A stretch of 64,000 nt of DNA, taken from positions 44,694-108,693 of the IMG/VR virus record IMGVR_UViG_3300038499_000016; one strand, 5' to 3'. Every line of letters begins with the position of its first letter. Within the stretch, counting starts at the first letter, position 1. The stretch comes from a virus. Taxonomy: Duplodnaviria; Caudoviricetes. Position numbers and translations under genes: made by a program. Positions 63,329 through 64,000 of the stretch are shown here, in pieces. The notes under the pieces were generated by a model. The model saw only the letters and a list, made by a program, of their open reading frames with translations, was not told the DNA's origin and did no database searches.

Positions 63329-64000
63329 CTATGTTCTATAATACAGCAATACCAATGATGCTTGAGTAACAGTTGCATCACTCAGCACATTTACTTCCAC
63401 GATATTTCCAAAAGCCCCTGTTGAGTCTGCCCATCCCACCGTAGTACCCGTCGAGTCTCGTTTAGCCACCAAGGACGGGGCAGTACCTCCCGTATTCATA
63501 GTCGTTTGTGCCGGCCATGTTGTGAATGAAGTAGCCTTTTTCAAATCAAAAGCAATAGATCCTGTTGCATCTGCATATACTTGCCAGTTCGTTATAATCA
63601 AAGGATATGGTATAAAAATCTGGCCCTTAGCTCCTGTACTCGGAACTGCCCCGCCACCGTCTACAACAAAAGTCATTGCTCCAGTAATACCCCGCAAGCC
63701 CGTCTGCCCTTGAATACCTGTCTGTCCCTGTACTCCTGTCTGTCCCTGTACTCCTGTCCGACCCTGAACTCCTGTCCGACCCTGAACTCCTGTCTGTCCC
63801 TGAACTCCTGTCTGTCCCTGTACTCCTGTCTGACCTGTGAGTCCTGTCTGACCTGTGAGTCCTGTCCGACCCTGAACTCCTGTCTGTCCCTGAACTCCCG
63901 TTTGCCCCGGAAGACCTTCCTCTCCCATGGGACCTGTCTGTCCCAGAACTCCTGTCTGACCTGTGAGTCCTGTCTGTCCCTGTACCCCTGTCTGTCCTGT
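63329..64000 (-). CDS. collagen-like fibre protein (partial, starts beyond right edge)
   Basis: (GQTGVQ)n continues to position 64000; C-terminal VVDGGGAVPSTGAKG..IPY..IT.W...AD.TGSI domain. Confidence 0.82.
   Translation of the reverse strand, partial: TGQTGVQGQTGLTGQTGVLGQTGPMGEEGLPGQTGVQGQTGVQGRTGLTGQTGLTGQTGVQGQTGVQGQTGVQGRTGVQGRTGVQGQTGVQGQTGIQGQTGLRGITGAMTFVVDGGGAVPSTGAKGQIFIPYPLIITNWQVYADATGSIAFDLKKATSFTTWPAQTTMNTGGTAPSLVAKRDSTGTTVGWADSTGAFGNIVEVNVLSDATVTQASLVLLYYRT

Noticed and set aside
10126-63713. Many short plus-strand ORFs in the track
   Set aside because: They are antisense shadows of well-supported minus-strand genes, with no recognisable motifs.
1-64000. Genome-wide stop-codon reassignment (code 15 or 4)
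   Set aside because: Standard-code ORFs are long and tightly packed, and TAG and TGA end conserved genes at expected positions (capsid TAG, RtcB TGA).

Overview
This window is best read as a 64-kb segment of a large (jumbo-type) tailed bacteriophage genome in the standard genetic code, with almost all genes on the minus strand. A near-consensus sigma70 promoter and Shine-Dalgarno sites point to a bacterial host. Four blocks are visible. (1) 1-16.3 kb is a large glycan-synthesis and modification cluster: DegT-type aminotransferase, SAM methyltransferases, a GDP-mannose 3,5-epimerase-like enzyme, a divergent plus-strand cassette (CapK/PaaK-like ligase, DUF362, nucleotide-sugar dehydrogenase) and two multidomain glycosyltransferases. 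(2) 16.3-31.3 kb holds many small accessory genes and an RNA-repair island: RtcB, T4-type Pnkp, an HNH-RNA ligase fusion, a macrodomain and an intein-containing Pol-beta-type nucleotidyltransferase. (3) 31.4-32.6 kb is a self-contained unit made of an uncharacterised helical protein followed directly by a structured RNA of about 300 nt. This RNA has a pseudoknot with hexamer repeats and a circularly permuted tRNA-like domain (YrlA/Y-RNA-like topology), and no Ro60 gene is present in the window. This unit is the best candidate for an undescribed system. (4) 32.8-64 kb is the head module (major capsid, decoration, scaffold, intein-containing prohead protease, portal), interrupted by about 17 kb of fibre and surface proteins. 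These include Thr-rich collagen-like proteins and five copies of a shared module of about 120 aa. Other signals include a repeated 16-bp phage promoter-like motif (TAATAATCTNTTRATA), a GT-B glycosyltransferase apparently split across two genes, two in-frame-stop split genes and an IS200/IS605-type miniature element. All calls come from reading motifs by eye; no database searches were run.
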